IMG/VR virus record: IMGVR_UViG_3300037797_000117
Coordinates: 64,001 to 128,000 of that record
Direction: 5' to 3' (one strand)
Length of the DNA: 64,000 nucleotides
Origin: a virus
Part shown: positions 1-8,896 of the stretch, piece by piece
Layout of the letters: each line of letters starts with the position of its first letter
How positions within the stretch are numbered: position 1 is the stretch's first letter
Translations under genes and position numbers: made by a program
Notes under the pieces: model-generated
What the model was told of the DNA's origin: nothing
Databases searched by the model: none
Seen by the model: the letters and a program-made list of their open reading frames with translations, nothing else

Positions 1-1
1 G

Positions 2-352
2 GTGGTCTGCGACAACGCCGACACGGTGCCGTCGTGTGACGGAGGCTGGGACGACGGGCCGATCCACTTCCCCACCGAACAGGACGCCGTCGACTACGCC
101 CGCACGGCCGGGTTCGTCATCGTCGGAACTACGGTCCTGTGCGCCGAGTGTTCCGCCACCCGTGACTGCGAACGCCTCGGCCACCAGTGGGACACCTGGA
201 CCGACGGCGAGCACCTCGGTGTCACCTTCAAGAAGCGGCACTGTGACCACTGCGGGATCGGCGACTTCAGCGAAGAATTCCAGCAGGCGGTCCTGCTGGC
301 CGAGGTCCGGGACATCGTCAACAATGCCGACCAGGCCGGCCACGATGCCTAG
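2..352 (+). CDS. hypothetical Cys/His-rich protein (5' partial)
   Basis: Open frame from the window edge with CxxC motifs; its stop overlaps the next start. Confidence 0.6.
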   Translation: MVCDNADTVPSCDGGWDDGPIHFPTEQDAVDYARTAGFVIVGTTVLCAECSATRDCERLGHQWDTWTDGEHLGVTFKKRHCDHCGIGDFSEEFQQAVLLAEVRDIVNNADQAGHDA

Positions 353-731
353 CCGGGTCCGGGTCGACGGGGACCTGTTCCACGGCCGGGTCCCCGACGG
401 CGCGATCTACGTGGGGCGGGCCGCGCCCGGTTTGCGGACCTCGCCGTGGGCCAACCCGTTCAAGGTCGGCAGGCCGGTCGGGCCGACCGTACGGCTCGCC
501 GGCGGTGTCTGGACGGTGGCCCCCTCGATCGCGGGAAGTACCCCCGCCGGCACAGCCGAGGTGATCACCTGGTACTCGTGGGCCATCACCACGTTCGACC
601 TGACCGGGCGGGTGGCGTCCGAGCTCGCCGGCCGGGACCTGGCCTGCTGGTGCCGCGAAACGCAGCCCTGCCACGGCGACGTCCTGATGACATTCGCCAA
701 CCCGGGATGGGTGCCGCCGTGGATGCCCTGA
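345..731 (+). CDS. DUF4326 family protein
   Basis: IYVGR...SPWANPF...LAGRDLACWC...PCHGDVL signature; ATG at 345. Confidence 0.85.
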   Translation: MPSRVRVDGDLFHGRVPDGAIYVGRAAPGLRTSPWANPFKVGRPVGPTVRLAGGVWTVAPSIAGSTPAGTAEVITWYSWAITTFDLTGRVASELAGRDLACWCRETQPCHGDVLMTFANPGWVPPWMP

Positions 732-804
732 ACAACCTCAGGCTCCCGTACGACGACGAAGGCGCCGACCGCATGATGCGGTCGGCGCCTTCGTCTGTCT
801 GGAC

Positions 805-1185
805 CTACCGGTCGGCTTCCCGGGCCTTGCGGTCCTCCGCGATCGCCAACGCCTCCTCGGCCATGATCAGCGCCTCTTCGGGCGTTGCCATGACCCAGTC
901 GACGTTGGGGCAGGCCGCCTCCCAAGCGTTGACCCGGTCCAGGGCGGCGTCGCGGAACGTGTCGTAGTCGAAGACGCAGGCCGGCGGGCTGGACGTGTCC
1001 GCGTCGGCGCCTTCCCACACCACGATCCGCCAGTGGTGGTAGGCGACGTTCTGGTTGTTGGCGGCCCATTCGGCTACGTCCCGCGCGGTGCCCGGGTCGT
1101 CGACCGTTTCGGAGGGGCCGGCGGCCTGCCAGACGGTGGCGTTGTGGTCGCCAGACACTTCAAGCTGAACGGTGTAGGCCGTCAT
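805..1185 (-). CDS. hypothetical protein whose C-terminus is a copy of a traB segment
   Basis: MTAYTVQLE...; C-terminal 28 aa are 23/28 identical to TraB encoded at 16997-17081. Confidence 0.7.
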   Translation of the reverse strand: MTAYTVQLEVSGDHNATVWQAAGPSETVDDPGTARDVAEWAANNQNVAYHHWRIVVWEGADADTSSPPACVFDYDTFRDAALDRVNAWEAACPNVDWVMATPEEALIMAEEALAIAEDRKAREADR

Positions 1186-1424
1186 GAGGGGTTCCTCTCG
1201 GTGGAGGCCGGGCCGGCGGGCGGGAACAGCGGTGGGCGGGCGTCGTCGCACGCTACGTCGGCCGAGTGGTGGCCGCTGCACCAGTTGCGTGTGCCGGCCG
1301 GCAGGAAATCCGTCACCGGGGCGTACGGGCGACCTTCGCGGCCCTCGGTGTGTGCCTGCACCAGCAGGTCGTGTTGACGGGTGGCGGCATCCCACTGCCG
1401 GGCGGTGCGGGAACGCTTCGTCAC
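1182..1424 (-). CDS. hypothetical protein
   Basis: GTG start right after the upstream stop; stop overlaps the downstream start. Confidence 0.45.
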   Translation of the reverse strand: MTKRSRTARQWDAATRQHDLLVQAHTEGREGRPYAPVTDFLPAGTRNWCSGHHSADVACDDARPPLFPPAGPASTERNPS

Positions 1425-1425
1425 G

Positions 1426-2142
1426 TTAGGACTGCCTCTGCGCGGAGGCCCGGCCGGCGGCGTACGCCTGGCGGGCGATCTCGCGGTAGGTGTCGGTGCG
1501 GTGGTGACCTTCGCGGGCGTCGTCGAGGGAAACGTCCAGGCCGTCCTCGTCGATGGCGTGCTGGGTGTACGCGTCGAGCAGGGCGGCCGGGATTTCACTG
1601 GCGAGGTCGGGGGTGCTCGGCCTGTACACGTCGATGCGGGCCAGCATGTGGTACTTCAGGTGAAGCGCCGCCCCGGCGACGACACCGGGGGTGCAGCGGC
1701 AACCGCCGCCGTCGCCGCAGGCGTGGATGTTGTACGCGGCACCTTGGACGGCGCTGAAGAACTGTCCATCGACCAGCAGGCTGCCGTCGCGGGCACGGAC
1801 ATCAGCGATACAGAGAGTTTCGAGGACGTCGATCGCGATGCGTAGGTCGACTTCGGCGATCTTCGCGTTGAGCCGGTCGTACAGGTTGTCGATCTCCGAG
1901 ACAATGCCGCGCTCGATCCACCGGTCGTCGCCGAGGGCTGCCTCGTCGGCGACGAGCTTGGCCAGGACTGGGTCGGTGGCGTTGGCGAGGTCCCTGTCGA
2001 CGAAGAGGCGGGTGCGGCCGGGGAAGGACTGGTCGAAGCCTTCGTCGTAGTCAGGGAAGATCAGCATGGTGTACCGGTCGGTGTGGACCTTGTAGGTGCC
2101 GTTGAGGTCGGGGCCGGTCGTGGCGATGAGCGTGGCGGTCAT
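1426..2142 (-). CDS. hypothetical protein
   Basis: 238 aa, GC3-biased codons, GGGAGA RBS, downstream of an operator-promoter. Confidence 0.75.
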   Translation of the reverse strand: MTATLIATTGPDLNGTYKVHTDRYTMLIFPDYDEGFDQSFPGRTRLFVDRDLANATDPVLAKLVADEAALGDDRWIERGIVSEIDNLYDRLNAKIAEVDLRIAIDVLETLCIADVRARDGSLLVDGQFFSAVQGAAYNIHACGDGGGCRCTPGVVAGAALHLKYHMLARIDVYRPSTPDLASEIPAALLDAYTQHAIDEDGLDVSLDDAREGHHRTDTYREIARQAYAAGRASAQRQS

Positions 2143-2177
2143 CCGGGTCTCCCTGGGGCTGTCGAGTTCGTCACCTC

Positions 2178-2207
2178 ATGGTACGCCGTTCCCCGGGTAC
2201 GGAGCAA
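2178..2207 (-). promoter_or_regulatory. operator-promoter copy 1 (leftward)
   Basis: TTGCTC-N18-TACCAT; spacer palindrome CGTACCCGGGGAACG. Confidence 0.7.
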
Positions 2208-2240
2208 CACGACGGTTTGGCGCCATCTGAACATCTAGCG

Positions 2241-2269
2241 TTGTGCCGTACCCCGGAAAGGGGTACCGT
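2241..2269 (+). promoter_or_regulatory. operator-promoter copy 2
   Basis: TTGTGC-N17-TACCGT; spacer CGTACCCCGGAAAGG. Confidence 0.7.
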
Positions 2270-2499
2270 CGAGGGAACAGCCAGGATGGTCGGAACCCCC
2301 GAGATCCCGCAAGGCGGACAGGCCGACCCAACACCACCGGATCGGCCTGTCCTGGTCTCCAACAACCCCCCGCGGATCGTCTGCCGCCCGAGCCCGCTAC
2401 CGACAGGCTCGCGCGAAACGCGAAACGACGCGCTCAGGTGAGGAGACGTTTCGACCCCGTCCATCCTGGCCCGACCGCCACTAGACCTGAAGGGTTCCC

Positions 2500-2991
2500 A
2501 TGACTGATGACGTATCCACCCATTCCGGCACCCTCGACCGCGACCGCCTCGTCACCGCGTACCGGGAGCTGCGCCGCATCGTCGACGTAGACCCGCTTAT
2601 CCCGGCGTTCCCTTCCTCCGTCCAGGTGTTCCAGGTCCTCTGCGACACACCCGGCTGGGACGAGCAGACCGCCCGCATGTACAGCATTGCCGCCCGATGC
2701 TGTTACCAGGACGGGGTCGACCCGGTCACCGGCCGGCCGCTGGCCGGGGAGGCAGCTATCCACCCGGTCCGGGTTGCTGAGGCCCGCAACCTGGTGTACT
2801 CGGTGCTTGCCGGCCTGGACCCGGCGGCGGCGTCCGCCGCGGCGGCGCGGGTGGTGAGCCTGCTCGCCGACGCCGGGTGGCGTCCCAGCGAAGTGCCGAC
2901 CGACCCGGCTGCGCACGCGACCGCGGTGGCGCGCGTTGTGAGCATGCTCCGCGGCGAGCCTCCGATCGAGGGGAATCAGCCGGCCCGTTAG
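2500..2991 (+). CDS. hypothetical protein
   Basis: 163 aa ORF with GAAGG RBS. Confidence 0.6.
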   Translation: MTDDVSTHSGTLDRDRLVTAYRELRRIVDVDPLIPAFPSSVQVFQVLCDTPGWDEQTARMYSIAARCCYQDGVDPVTGRPLAGEAAIHPVRVAEARNLVYSVLAGLDPAAASAAAARVVSLLADAGWRPSEVPTDPAAHATAVARVVSMLRGEPPIEGNQPAR

Positions 2992-3061
2992 GAGATCCCC
3001 GTGCCGGCGGGGCCGGTGCCTAGCTGTTCTGCACGGACCACATCTACGAGGAGGAAACAGA

Positions 3062-3784
3062 ATGATCAACCGTGTCCGCGGCGCTGTCGCCGTGGCGAAA
3101 GGCCGATGGCAGTGGCGCAAGGCTCGCAGCCTCGCCGACCTGGCCAACCTGCGAGCCGACCAGATCGCCCGCAACCTGCCCGGCGTGGGACGCCGGCCAC
3201 GGACTGCCTACCTGAACGGGGACGGCACGGTGCGGCTCGGCCCACCGGCGACCGCTGTCGAGCAGTCCACGAAGACCATGTACTCGGCGCTGGTCGCGCT
3301 CGGCCGGACCGGTGTGGTCGTCCACGACTGGCACCCGGGAACGTTCACCGAGGCCACCGGCGAGCACCCGGCCATGGCGACCAGGGCCTGCGTGGCCGGG
3401 TTCGCCGACGACGAAACGAAGGACTGGCTCGACAGCCTGCTGTACTACGCCGGCAAGGAGCCGGGCGCCACCGGCTACGAACTCGGATCCGTCCTCGACC
3501 TGTGGGCCCCCGGTCAAGAAGATTACGAACGGTGGGACGGGGTCGACGCCCACCGCTCCCGCGGTCACTGGGTCGAGCGCATCGACGACACCCCGACGGT
3601 CCGCATCGGCGACCAGATGACCGCCCGCGAGGTGTACCGGGCGTTCCCCACCCGCGGGCGTGTGCAGCGGGAGTTGCGGAAGGCGTGGCTGATCACGATC
3701 GTCGCACCGACGTGGGGCGACAACACGATGTTCGCCGACCTGCTCCCGCTGTTGGCCGGGGCCCGGCGCCCGGCTGAGGTCTAG
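3062..3784 (+). CDS. DUF6919-like protein, paralogue of 7606-8283
   Basis: WRKARSLADL...RACVAGFAD...WLITIVAPTWGDN pattern; GAGGAGG RBS. Confidence 0.65.
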   Translation: MINRVRGAVAVAKGRWQWRKARSLADLANLRADQIARNLPGVGRRPRTAYLNGDGTVRLGPPATAVEQSTKTMYSALVALGRTGVVVHDWHPGTFTEATGEHPAMATRACVAGFADDETKDWLDSLLYYAGKEPGATGYELGSVLDLWAPGQEDYERWDGVDAHRSRGHWVERIDDTPTVRIGDQMTAREVYRAFPTRGRVQRELRKAWLITIVAPTWGDNTMFADLLPLLAGARRPAEV

Positions 3785-3803
3785 CGCCCGGTTTCGGTCC
3801 AGG

Positions 3804-3846
3804 AAGCGCCGGGCCCGACCCCCTGGGGACGTTGGGCCCGGCGCTT
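3804..3846 (+). terminator. intrinsic terminator-like hairpin
   Basis: AAGCGCCGGGCCC...GGGCCCGGCGCTT followed by TCTT, just after a stop. Confidence 0.6.
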
Positions 3847-3862
3847 TCTTATGGTCCACATG

Positions 3863-3892
3863 TTGCGCCGTTCCCGGGGTACGCGTTACGGT
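3863..3892 (+). promoter_or_regulatory. operator-promoter copy 3
   Basis: TTGCGC-N18-TACGGT; spacer CGTTCCCGGGGTACG. Confidence 0.7.
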
Positions 3893-3930
3893 TGCTGTAT
3901 TCCCCGAACGGCCAATGCCAGGAGTTCACC

Positions 3931-4338
3931 ATGACCTCCCAGACGAAGACCCCCCGACGGGTGGGGTTCCTCCACGACCCCACCGGCGAACACCACGACG
4001 GCATGCCCACCTACCCGTGGGGCCTTGAACCCGGCGAAGACGGAGCCCCACCGGCCAACCTCGCCACCCGCCGCCAACTCGCCAAGATGGGCCTACGCCC
4101 CAACGGCCAGGAACACGTCGCCGAAATCCGCAAACTCGCCTACGGCTGGCTCGTAGCCAAGCTCTACCCGATCGCCGGGGCCGCACCGAAACGGCCCATG
4201 ACCGACGCCATGTGGCGGGCCGTCAACACCGCCGCCCGCTCCCGGTACCGGTGCAACACCTGCCCCCGCACCGACCTGGACTACATCCCGAAGCAAACCT
4301 CCCCGGTCTGGGGACGCTGCCACCACTGCTACCCCTGA
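3931..4338 (+). CDS. RRQRL-motif zinc-binding protein
   Basis: PTYPWG...LATRRQL.KMGLRP.GQ...CNTC...CHHC; family common on actinomycete plasmids and integrative elements. Confidence 0.8.
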   Translation: MTSQTKTPRRVGFLHDPTGEHHDGMPTYPWGLEPGEDGAPPANLATRRQLAKMGLRPNGQEHVAEIRKLAYGWLVAKLYPIAGAAPKRPMTDAMWRAVNTAARSRYRCNTCPRTDLDYIPKQTSPVWGRCHHCYP

Positions 4339-4349
4339 GGAGACCCGCC

Positions 4350-4841
4350 GTGTCCGACGCCCACCAGTTCGCCACCGTCGCCACGATCATCGCCGCCCTG
4401 ACCCTGGGCGCCGCGGCCACCCTGATCGCCCTGTTGGCCAGCTACCGCAAGCTGCGCACGATGATGCTGCTGGCCAGCCTCGTCGACCGGTACGCCGTCA
4501 GCCTCGTCGACCGGGACGCCCCCGACCGGGCCAAGTCCACGATCTACGTCTATCGGCAGTACCTCCACGCCGCTGGCTTCGACCCGGAGCCGGACACCCG
4601 GTGGGTGGTCGTCGGCCCCGACGGCAAGGCCCTGTCCAAGCGCGACGGGTGGGTCGACTACGACCTGGCCGACCGGAAACGCCGCGACGACATTCAGCAC
4701 CCCGATCTGCACGCCGCACTCACGGTGGCCCGCGGCGCCGCCCTGGCCTTCGGCTACCACATGCCCAGCTACGACATGCTGCGCCGGCTGTCCCGCCTGG
4801 CGTCCGTCCAGTTCGGCCCCCGCCGTAGGGGTGATCTGTGA
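4350..4841 (+). CDS. hypothetical protein with N-terminal TM helix
   Basis: GGAG RBS, hydrophobic N-terminus. Confidence 0.6.
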   Translation: MSDAHQFATVATIIAALTLGAAATLIALLASYRKLRTMMLLASLVDRYAVSLVDRDAPDRAKSTIYVYRQYLHAAGFDPEPDTRWVVVGPDGKALSKRDGWVDYDLADRKRRDDIQHPDLHAALTVARGAALAFGYHMPSYDMLRRLSRLASVQFGPRRRGDL

Positions 4842-5239
4842 TGGACAACCCCGCAACCCGGTTCGGCCCGGTCGCGGAGCGCGAGTTCGACTCGGCGAAG
4901 GACTGCCACAAGCCGGCCCTCACAGCATGGCTGGAAGCCCTGCCCACCCTGTCCGACGACGACTTCTTCGCCGCCACCGCGTCCGCCATCCACGGCTCTG
5001 CCCTAGCCAACTCGTTCCGGGGCAACTGGAACCACGAATACTGCAAGGCGTCCGCCGCCCACGACGAGGCCGAACGCCGCCACCGCGCCGCCGGGCACAG
5101 CGACAACTGCAACGGCGACAGCATTTACTCGAAGGCGTTCGCGCAGGTGTGGCGGGCCCAGGGCCACAGCCGGTCTGCGTACCCGCATCGGCCGTGCAAC
5201 TGCGGCGCCAACGCCACGCCCGGGCGGGGGGCCACCTGA
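4838..5239 (+). CDS. hypothetical protein
   Basis: Translationally coupled ORF, GC3 bias. Confidence 0.65.
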   Translation: MMDNPATRFGPVAEREFDSAKDCHKPALTAWLEALPTLSDDDFFAATASAIHGSALANSFRGNWNHEYCKASAAHDEAERRHRAAGHSDNCNGDSIYSKAFAQVWRAQGHSRSAYPHRPCNCGANATPGRGAT

Positions 5240-5667
5240 TGGGCGCCATGTTCTGGATCATCCGCCGGGTGTGGCTCCCCCTGGTGGTGCAGGCCCTGTG
5301 GTGGGGCGGCCGACAGATCGACTGGCCGCGCCCGATGCAGCTCCTGTTCTGCGTCCTGGCCATGGTCGCCTTGGCCGTGGTCGGTCAGTTCATGGTCTAT
5401 TCGACCCGCAACCTGGGTGACGAGGCCCGCTGGATAGAGATCGTCCTGCTCGTCATCGGGTGGGTCAGTGTGCTGGCCATCGTCGTTCTGTTCGCGGTGC
5501 GGATCCCGCTGGTCGGCATCGTGGGGGGCGGGTTCCTCATTTACGCGGCGTTGGATGCGTTCCGGGAGTACCGGGACGCGTTTATCCGGAAGATCCGGGT
5601 CGAGCATGTGGCGCTGCGTCCGGGGGATCCGAACTACCGGCCGGCGGTGGTGCGCCGCCGAAAATAG
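5239..5667 (+). CDS. membrane protein (about 4 TM)
   Basis: TGATG overlap; several hydrophobic segments. Confidence 0.6.
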   Translation: MGAMFWIIRRVWLPLVVQALWWGGRQIDWPRPMQLLFCVLAMVALAVVGQFMVYSTRNLGDEARWIEIVLLVIGWVSVLAIVVLFAVRIPLVGIVGGGFLIYAALDAFREYRDAFIRKIRVEHVALRPGDPNYRPAVVRRRK

Positions 5668-5675
5668 CACACATA

Positions 5676-5704
5676 TTGTGTCGAACCCGGGGTACGGATA
5701 GGAT
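5676..5704 (+). promoter_or_regulatory. operator-promoter copy 4
   Basis: TTGTGT-N17-TAGGAT; spacer CGAACCCGGGGTACG. Confidence 0.7.
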
Positions 5705-5737
5705 GGGTGTGTTGACCCACGTCGAGGAGGCCGCCAT

Positions 5738-6220
5738 ATGCACAAGCCCCGCACCACGATGTTGAGCTGGGACTGGAAAGAACAGCCGGACCTGGACACG
5801 CTGGGCCGCGTTATAACCACCATGTCCAACGGAACGGTCCACCTGCACCAGGTCGACGACGGCACCGACAACATCACCATCCTCCTGTCCGACACCCCCC
5901 TCGACGCGCGGGCCGTCCTGGACGCCTACGACGCGGCCTGCGAACCGCAGGCCGGCACCGACCTTGTCGAGCTGTGGCTGATGCACGACACGATCACCCC
6001 GTACGAGGTTCGGGAGGTGTGGACCAACTGGGCGCGTGCCCTCATCCCCCCGGTCGGTCGGGTGCTGTACCTGAGCACCTTCGGTCCCGGCAACAGCTCC
6101 GGAACCTGGAAGATCAGGTCGGTTGAGCAGGTCCGGCCCGACGCCTACCAGGTCACCCTCACCGACGTCGACCCGTCCGACCCGGACCCGCTGGAACCGA
6201 TCCGGCGCCCGGAAGCCTGA
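5738..6220 (+). CDS. hypothetical protein
   Basis: GAGGAGG RBS; 160 aa. Confidence 0.7.
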   Translation: MHKPRTTMLSWDWKEQPDLDTLGRVITTMSNGTVHLHQVDDGTDNITILLSDTPLDARAVLDAYDAACEPQAGTDLVELWLMHDTITPYEVREVWTNWARALIPPVGRVLYLSTFGPGNSSGTWKIRSVEQVRPDAYQVTLTDVDPSDPDPLEPIRRPEA

Positions 6221-6245
6221 CTCCCCGGTCGTGCCGGCCAGACAC

Positions 6246-6278
6246 GAAACGGCCCCCGCACCGCGCGGGGGCCGTTTC
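6246..6278 (+). terminator. terminator hairpin
   Basis: GAAACGGCCCCCGC/GCGGGGGCCGTTTC inverted repeat. Confidence 0.65.
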
Positions 6279-6299
6279 GCCATCTGCACACTCGTCATG

Positions 6300-6328
6300 T
6301 TGTTCCGTAACGCGGGTACGAGTATGGT
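6300..6328 (+). promoter_or_regulatory. operator-promoter copy 5
   Basis: TTGTTC-N17-TATGGT; spacer CGTAACGCGGGTACG. Confidence 0.7.
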
Positions 6329-6379
6329 CGTTGACACGGGCGACCACGTCGCGGCCCCCCGAAACGCAGGAGGACCCCC

Positions 6380-6982
6380 ATGGGCGCAGACAAGATGACC
6401 CCGCAGGAAGCCTTGGAGATCATGGCATACGACATTGCCGACATGATCAGCCGCTGCGACGGCTACGACGGCCTGATCCCCGACGACAAAGCCACCCAGG
6501 ACGACCTGATCACAGCCCTGCCGGTCCTGTTCCGCGCCCTCGGCTTCGACCCGTTCCAGGAGGTTACGCCGGCCGACTGGATTCCCCAGCCCGGCAACCG
6601 GGTGGTCCACCTGCACTACCCGGAGCCCCGCCAGGTGTGGATCGTCGTCAAGGTGTTCTACCGGGCCGCCCCCGGCGCCGACACCTACCGCGTTGCGGAG
6701 GTCCACGCCGAGAAGACCCCGACCCGGCAGAACATCTTCCGCGCGGAGTTCCTGGCACCGGCCCCCGCCCGCGTTGAGCCGGTTCCGGCGAACAAGGGGG
6801 GCGGAAAGAACAACTCCGCTCCGTTCATCGCGCACTGCTGCAACCCCGAACGCCCCGGCAAGCCCCTCGGCTGGGGCCGGCTGGCCCCCCTCGGTGACTG
6901 CCCCCGCTGCGACGAGCTCCGCGCCGGAGCCGCCCCCCGCCCGGCCCCGGCGTGGACCCGCAAGTCCAACGGCACCTCGTGA
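6380..6982 (+). CDS. hypothetical protein with C-terminal Cys motif (CPRCDEL)
   Basis: AGGAGG RBS; 200 aa. Confidence 0.7.
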   Translation: MGADKMTPQEALEIMAYDIADMISRCDGYDGLIPDDKATQDDLITALPVLFRALGFDPFQEVTPADWIPQPGNRVVHLHYPEPRQVWIVVKVFYRAAPGADTYRVAEVHAEKTPTRQNIFRAEFLAPAPARVEPVPANKGGGKNNSAPFIAHCCNPERPGKPLGWGRLAPLGDCPRCDELRAGAAPRPAPAWTRKSNGTS

Positions 6983-6996
6983 AAGGCGAGCCCACC

Positions 6997-7284
6997 GTGA
7001 AAACCCTCCGCGACACCCTGACCGAGGCGTGGAATGCCCTGTTCGCCCTGCTCGCCGTCGTGCTTGCCTGCGCCATGCTGGTCGCCTTCGGCGCCGGCAT
7101 CGTCGCCTACGTCCGGGACGCCAACGTCGTTGTACCGGTCATGCTCGGCATCGGCCTGCTGGTGCTGGCCGTGGCCGCCCGGGTCCTGTCCCGTATCGAC
7201 GAATATGAGTACGTCCCTGTTACCACCACAACCCGCCGCGGCGGCACCCGTCGCCGCCCCACCAGGAAGGCAACGACGTCATGA
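6997..7284 (+). CDS. small membrane protein (2 TM)
   Basis: Two hydrophobic helices and a basic tail. Confidence 0.6.
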   Translation: MKTLRDTLTEAWNALFALLAVVLACAMLVAFGAGIVAYVRDANVVVPVMLGIGLLVLAVAARVLSRIDEYEYVPVTTTTRRGGTRRRPTRKATTS

Positions 7285-7547
7285 GCTACGTCTACAGGCA
7301 GATCCACAAGCAGCACGCACCCGATCTGTTCACCGTCGGCCACTACGACCCGGACGGCAAATTCGTTCCGCAGAGCGACTACCACACGGAGCAGTCCGCC
7401 GCCGACCGGGTTCACTACCTCAACGGCGGTGACGTGGTTCGGTCCCGGCAGGATCTTATCGACCTGGTCGAAAAGACCGTCAATGCCGCAATCACGCGGC
7501 ACCTGAACAAAGAGCCGCATCTGTACGCCGACGGATCCAACCGCTGA
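7281..7547 (+). CDS. hypothetical protein
   Basis: ATGA overlap; LFTVGHY.PDGKF...AADRVHYLNGG. Confidence 0.7.
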   Translation: MSYVYRQIHKQHAPDLFTVGHYDPDGKFVPQSDYHTEQSAADRVHYLNGGDVVRSRQDLIDLVEKTVNAAITRHLNKEPHLYADGSNR

Positions 7548-7605
7548 AGTTCCCAAACCAGCCTTCCCACACGTCCGACCGCCACAGACCCGAAAGGACA
7601 ATCCC

Positions 7606-8283
7606 GTGAACCGGACCGACCGCGAACGGTGGCGCACCGCCACCACCCTGCCCGCGCTCGGCGAGCTGTACGCCGAATTCCTCGAAGGCCACCTGCCCGA
7701 CGCCCCCGGCTGGTACGGCAGTGGGCCCGACCCGGAGACCGAGCCGCTGGTGCCGACCCTGGCCGCCCTGAACCGGGCCGGGTACGTCACCGTCGAGTCG
7801 CAACCCGGCGACTACGCCAGCTCCCCCCGCGGCGACCGGGTGTGGCGGCAACGCGCCGGCGTCGAGGGGTTCGCCGACTCCCTCACCTTGGAATGGCTGG
7901 CGGCGGCCCTGGCCGGCACCGACTACCTGATGATCGTGCAGACGACCCAGGCCCGCGGTGGCAGCGCCGACCCGCGCGAGATCAACCTCAACCAGGGCAT
8001 CGCCGTCACGACCCGCAACGGCCAGCCGGTCACCTGGTACGGCCGGCAGTTGACCCGCCGGTTCATGCGGGCCGAACTGTTCGGCCGGCACCTGTGCGGT
8101 GCCGCCCTGGATATTCTCGCCGCCGCGTGGCACGTCACCATCGTCGACCCGGTGTGGGACCGCAACACCCTGTGGCCGGTACTGGAACGCGCGACCAACC
8201 CGCAGCCGCTGACGGCGGCGGGCCGCGATTACCACCTGGCCCGGCTGGCCCCGCTCGACGCGGCAGCCTGCCCTGTTTCGTAG
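7606..8283 (+). CDS. DUF6919-like protein
   Basis: W..A.TL..LGEL.A.FLEG...LAALNRAGYVTVESQPG...QRAGVEGFAD...VTIVDPVWDRN. Confidence 0.75.
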   Translation: MNRTDRERWRTATTLPALGELYAEFLEGHLPDAPGWYGSGPDPETEPLVPTLAALNRAGYVTVESQPGDYASSPRGDRVWRQRAGVEGFADSLTLEWLAAALAGTDYLMIVQTTQARGGSADPREINLNQGIAVTTRNGQPVTWYGRQLTRRFMRAELFGRHLCGAALDILAAAWHVTIVDPVWDRNTLWPVLERATNPQPLTAAGRDYHLARLAPLDAAACPVS

Positions 8284-8328
8284 ACCTACCAAGTCCGACC
8301 GCCACCGTTTTGCAAGCGAGGTATCTCG

Positions 8329-8730
8329 ATGAGTACACGGACCGAGCCGGCGCCCGCCGTCGACGTTGACGCCGCCGCCCAGGCCGCCGATGACATCGCC
8401 GCGATGAACGCGGCGATCGACGCGGCGCAGCCGATGACCACAGCCAGGCAGGTCGCTGCCCGGTATGAGAAGACCATCGTGGGGAGACCGATTGCGTACT
8501 TCGCGGTATTCCAGGCCAACGGGCAGGCCTGGCCGCAGGTGCAGCAGGGTGAACGGAGCCTGCCCACCAACGTCGACCCGAGCGCGCTGGAGGATCTCAC
8601 CGCCCGGCTGATGGACGTGTTCGGCCGGGAGCGGCCGACCCGGATCGTGGTGACGGCGACGGCCGGCGGTCGCGGCCACGTCGCGGTGCGGGAGCGGTGG
8701 CCGGTCGGCGACGGCTACATTACGGTCTGA
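8329..8730 (+). CDS. hypothetical protein
   Basis: GAGGT RBS; followed by a terminator. Confidence 0.65.
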   Translation: MSTRTEPAPAVDVDAAAQAADDIAAMNAAIDAAQPMTTARQVAARYEKTIVGRPIAYFAVFQANGQAWPQVQQGERSLPTNVDPSALEDLTARLMDVFGRERPTRIVVTATAGGRGHVAVRERWPVGDGYITV

Positions 8731-8732
8731 TC

Positions 8733-8785
8733 CAGACGAAGGAGGTCCCTCCCGGGTCGCGACCGGGAGGGACCTCCTTCGTCTG
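8733..8785 (+). terminator. long terminator hairpin
   Basis: 21-bp perfect stem CAGACGAAGGAGGTCCCTCCC/GGGAGGGACCTCCTTCGTCTG. Confidence 0.7.
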
Positions 8786-8826
8786 TGTGTGGTTGTGCGG
8801 ATGGCGCCAACCTCCACATACCGGTG

Positions 8827-8856
8827 TTGCGTCGTACCCCCGAAAGCCCGTACGGT
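8827..8856 (+). promoter_or_regulatory. operator-promoter copy 6
   Basis: TTGCGT-N18-TACGGT; spacer CGTACCCCCGAAAGC. Confidence 0.65.
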
Positions 8857-8896
8857 GTGAGGGTAGGTCCACCCACACACCGTGCGGAGGCAGGAC

